A DNA stretch of 64,000 bases from Hormiphora californensis (Eukaryota > Animalia > Ctenophora): assembly GCA_020137815.1 (NCBI GenBank), contig CM035359.1, positions 7,750,001 through 7,814,000 on the forward strand. The letters are read 5' to 3'. Made by a program: the position numbers and the translations under genes. Position 1 is the first letter of the stretch. Each line of letters starts with the position of its first letter. Below, in pieces: positions 62,325 to 64,000 of this stretch. Below the pieces are notes generated by a model. That model had not been told where the DNA came from and did no database searches. It saw only the letters and a list, made by a program, of their open reading frames with translations.

Positions 62325-62985
62325 TTGGTGACATAAACTCCTGGCGCGACCCCCGGCACACAGGTGTCGGCTCCGCCCCAAAAAGGGTCGTTTCTTTCAA
62401 GGGATGTTGCACGCGATCCACTGGACCGATTTGCATCCGGTTTGTCGCAAAAGACTACAATTGATCCTAATATACTGAAAAATACCTGAGAAGTTTGTCT
62501 GCCAACAGGAAGTGGGTCAAATTTGACACTGAAGTCAAATCTATAATCTGGCTTCCGAGAGTTTCTGCACTACGCCCATGTAATTCGGTTTAGAAGATAT
62601 TGGGAGTTATGTTGATGCAATTAGCATCAGAATTTGATGCCGGGTATTTTCCAGTACTCACAAGGGCTCAACCTAACTACCAATATCGTCAGACTCAGTC
62701 TAAACCGCCTGGGAGTGGTGCAAAAACTCTCGGAAACCACATTATAGATTTGACTTCAGTGTCAATTGTGACCCACTTCCTGTTGCCAGACAAACTTCTC
62801 GGGTATTTTCCAGTATATTAGGATCAATTTGTAGTCTTTTGCGACAAACCGGATGCAAATCGGTCCAGTAGATCACGTGCAACATCCCTTGAACTTCAAG
62901 GCTTGAAGTACACGACCCTTTTTTAGAGGGCAGAGCCGACACCTGTGTGCGGGGGGTCGCGCCAGGTGTCTATGTCACCAACATA
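62325..62985. mobile_element. Long inverted-repeat (foldback/MITE) element
   Basis: About 62395-62545 is the reverse complement of about 62742-62892; outer ends ttggtgacata / tatgtcaccaa are shared with a short copy at about 29519-29595. Confidence 0.7.
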
Positions 62986-63104
62986 AAACGTATATTTATG
63001 CGTTTCTGGCAGCGCTTTTGGGGGGGGGGGGGGGGCAACCTTTGCGCTTGTCAGCGCACTTGTTTCTATTCTATCGTTATTCTTCGTTGGGGGGGGGGGG
63101 GGTG

Positions 63105-63411
63105 ACACGTAACACTTTGTAACACTTTGTAACATGTGCAGAAAACTTTTTGTGCACGTTACATGTTACAAAGTGTTACAAAGTGTTACATAGTGTTACA
63201 AAGTGTTACATAGTGTTACAAAGTGTTACATAGTGTTACAAAGTGTTACATAGTGTTACATAGTGTTACAAAGTGTTACATAGTGTTACAAAGTGTTACA
63301 TAGTGTTACAAAGTGTTACATAGTGTTACAAAGAGTTACAAAGTGTTACAAAGTGTTACATAGTGTCACAAAGTGTTACAAATTGTTACAAAGTGTTACA
63401 AATTGTTACAA
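63105..63411. repeat. 10-bp minisatellite (AGTGTTACAW)n with a short inverted arm
   Basis: Read directly. Confidence 0.95.
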
Positions 63412-63561
63412 AAACACAAGGATTTGTAGCGAAGCAAATTTTCAATCTTTGACCAAAAAATTGATTTTGGAAAAATTTTATTTCTTTTTCCAACAGAAAC
63501 GTTGTATTTATTATAATGAGATCTGATCAGGATTAAATAGGGAGGAAACTAGAAAAATATC

Positions 63562-63635
63562 TGGCGAGGGCCGGGCTCGAACCGACAACCTCTGCATTAC
63601 ATGTACATTGCTCTAACCTATTGAGCTACCTCGTT
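63562..63635 (-). pseudogene. tRNA-Thr(TGT)-like pseudogene or tRNA-derived SINE head
   Basis: Minus strand cgaggTAGCTCAATAGGTTAGAGC..tgta-caTGTaa-tgca..GGTTCGAGCCC..cctcgccA followed by a T-run. A and B boxes are intact, but the first two acceptor-stem pairs and U33 are lost. Confidence 0.7.
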
Positions 63636-64000
63636 GTATATCATCTTATTAAGTACAAAGAATCGATTACCAATGAAAAAAGTCGATTGGGTCACAACTC
63701 ACAGGTGACTCAGCACATTGGGGGCCTCTGAGAGGCACAATACTTCTAATATCACTCTAAAAACTTTACCGTTGTCTAAAGTTCATATTTTTCTTTACCA
63801 AATGGACTATTTCAGCCCTGATTTCCACAGTCGATGACATCGGAGGCTCAAAACATCCGCAAATTAGTAAAAAAGTGTATGTTTTAACCCTAGAAATGAT
63901 TTAAAACTTTTAGATGTGTTCTAGAAAGACACCAAAGTCGTTCAAATTACTTATTCACCAACCGTTGAAAATTTGCTTCGCTACAAATCCTTGTGTTTTT

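Noticed and set aside
63562-63635. Functional tRNA-Thr gene
   Set aside because: The first two acceptor-stem pairs and U33 are missing; kept only as a pseudogene or SINE head.

Overview
Eukaryotic, animal-type genomic DNA: gene-dense, with short GT-AG introns and many transposons. Compact introns, a nested antisense gene, splice acceptors just before start codons and an LRR-less LDLa-GPCR suggest a non-bilaterian animal such as a ctenophore (inference only). Genes were reconstructed by hand from splice sites and recalled protein motifs, with no database search. They are: the 3' part of a GRL101-like LDLa-7TM receptor, SmB (SNRPB), a haloalkane-dehalogenase-like hydrolase, SMG6 with a secreted Cu/Zn SOD nested in one intron, a divergent spermidine-synthase-like gene, a Pam17-like mitochondrial import factor, WDR5 and TBC1D23. 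Mobile elements: an intact recent Gypsy element with a -1 frameshift signal, a 1.5-kb non-autonomous LTR element, two CR1/L2-type LINEs, many MITEs, telomere-repeat MITEs with 9-bp TSDs, and a 4.7-kb TIR-bounded segment carrying a decayed multi-PDZ gene. The most striking signal is that minisatellites in three unrelated genes (SmB x29, TBC1D23 x6, SMG6 x4) are tandem copies of the whole 3' splice-site cassette (branch point, pyrimidine tract, CAG, first exon bases). Only the last copy gives the normal protein, and several two-copy versions occur elsewhere. Other highlights: the dehalogenase has Cys where the catalytic His is expected, and the Pam17 homolog is unexpected in an animal.
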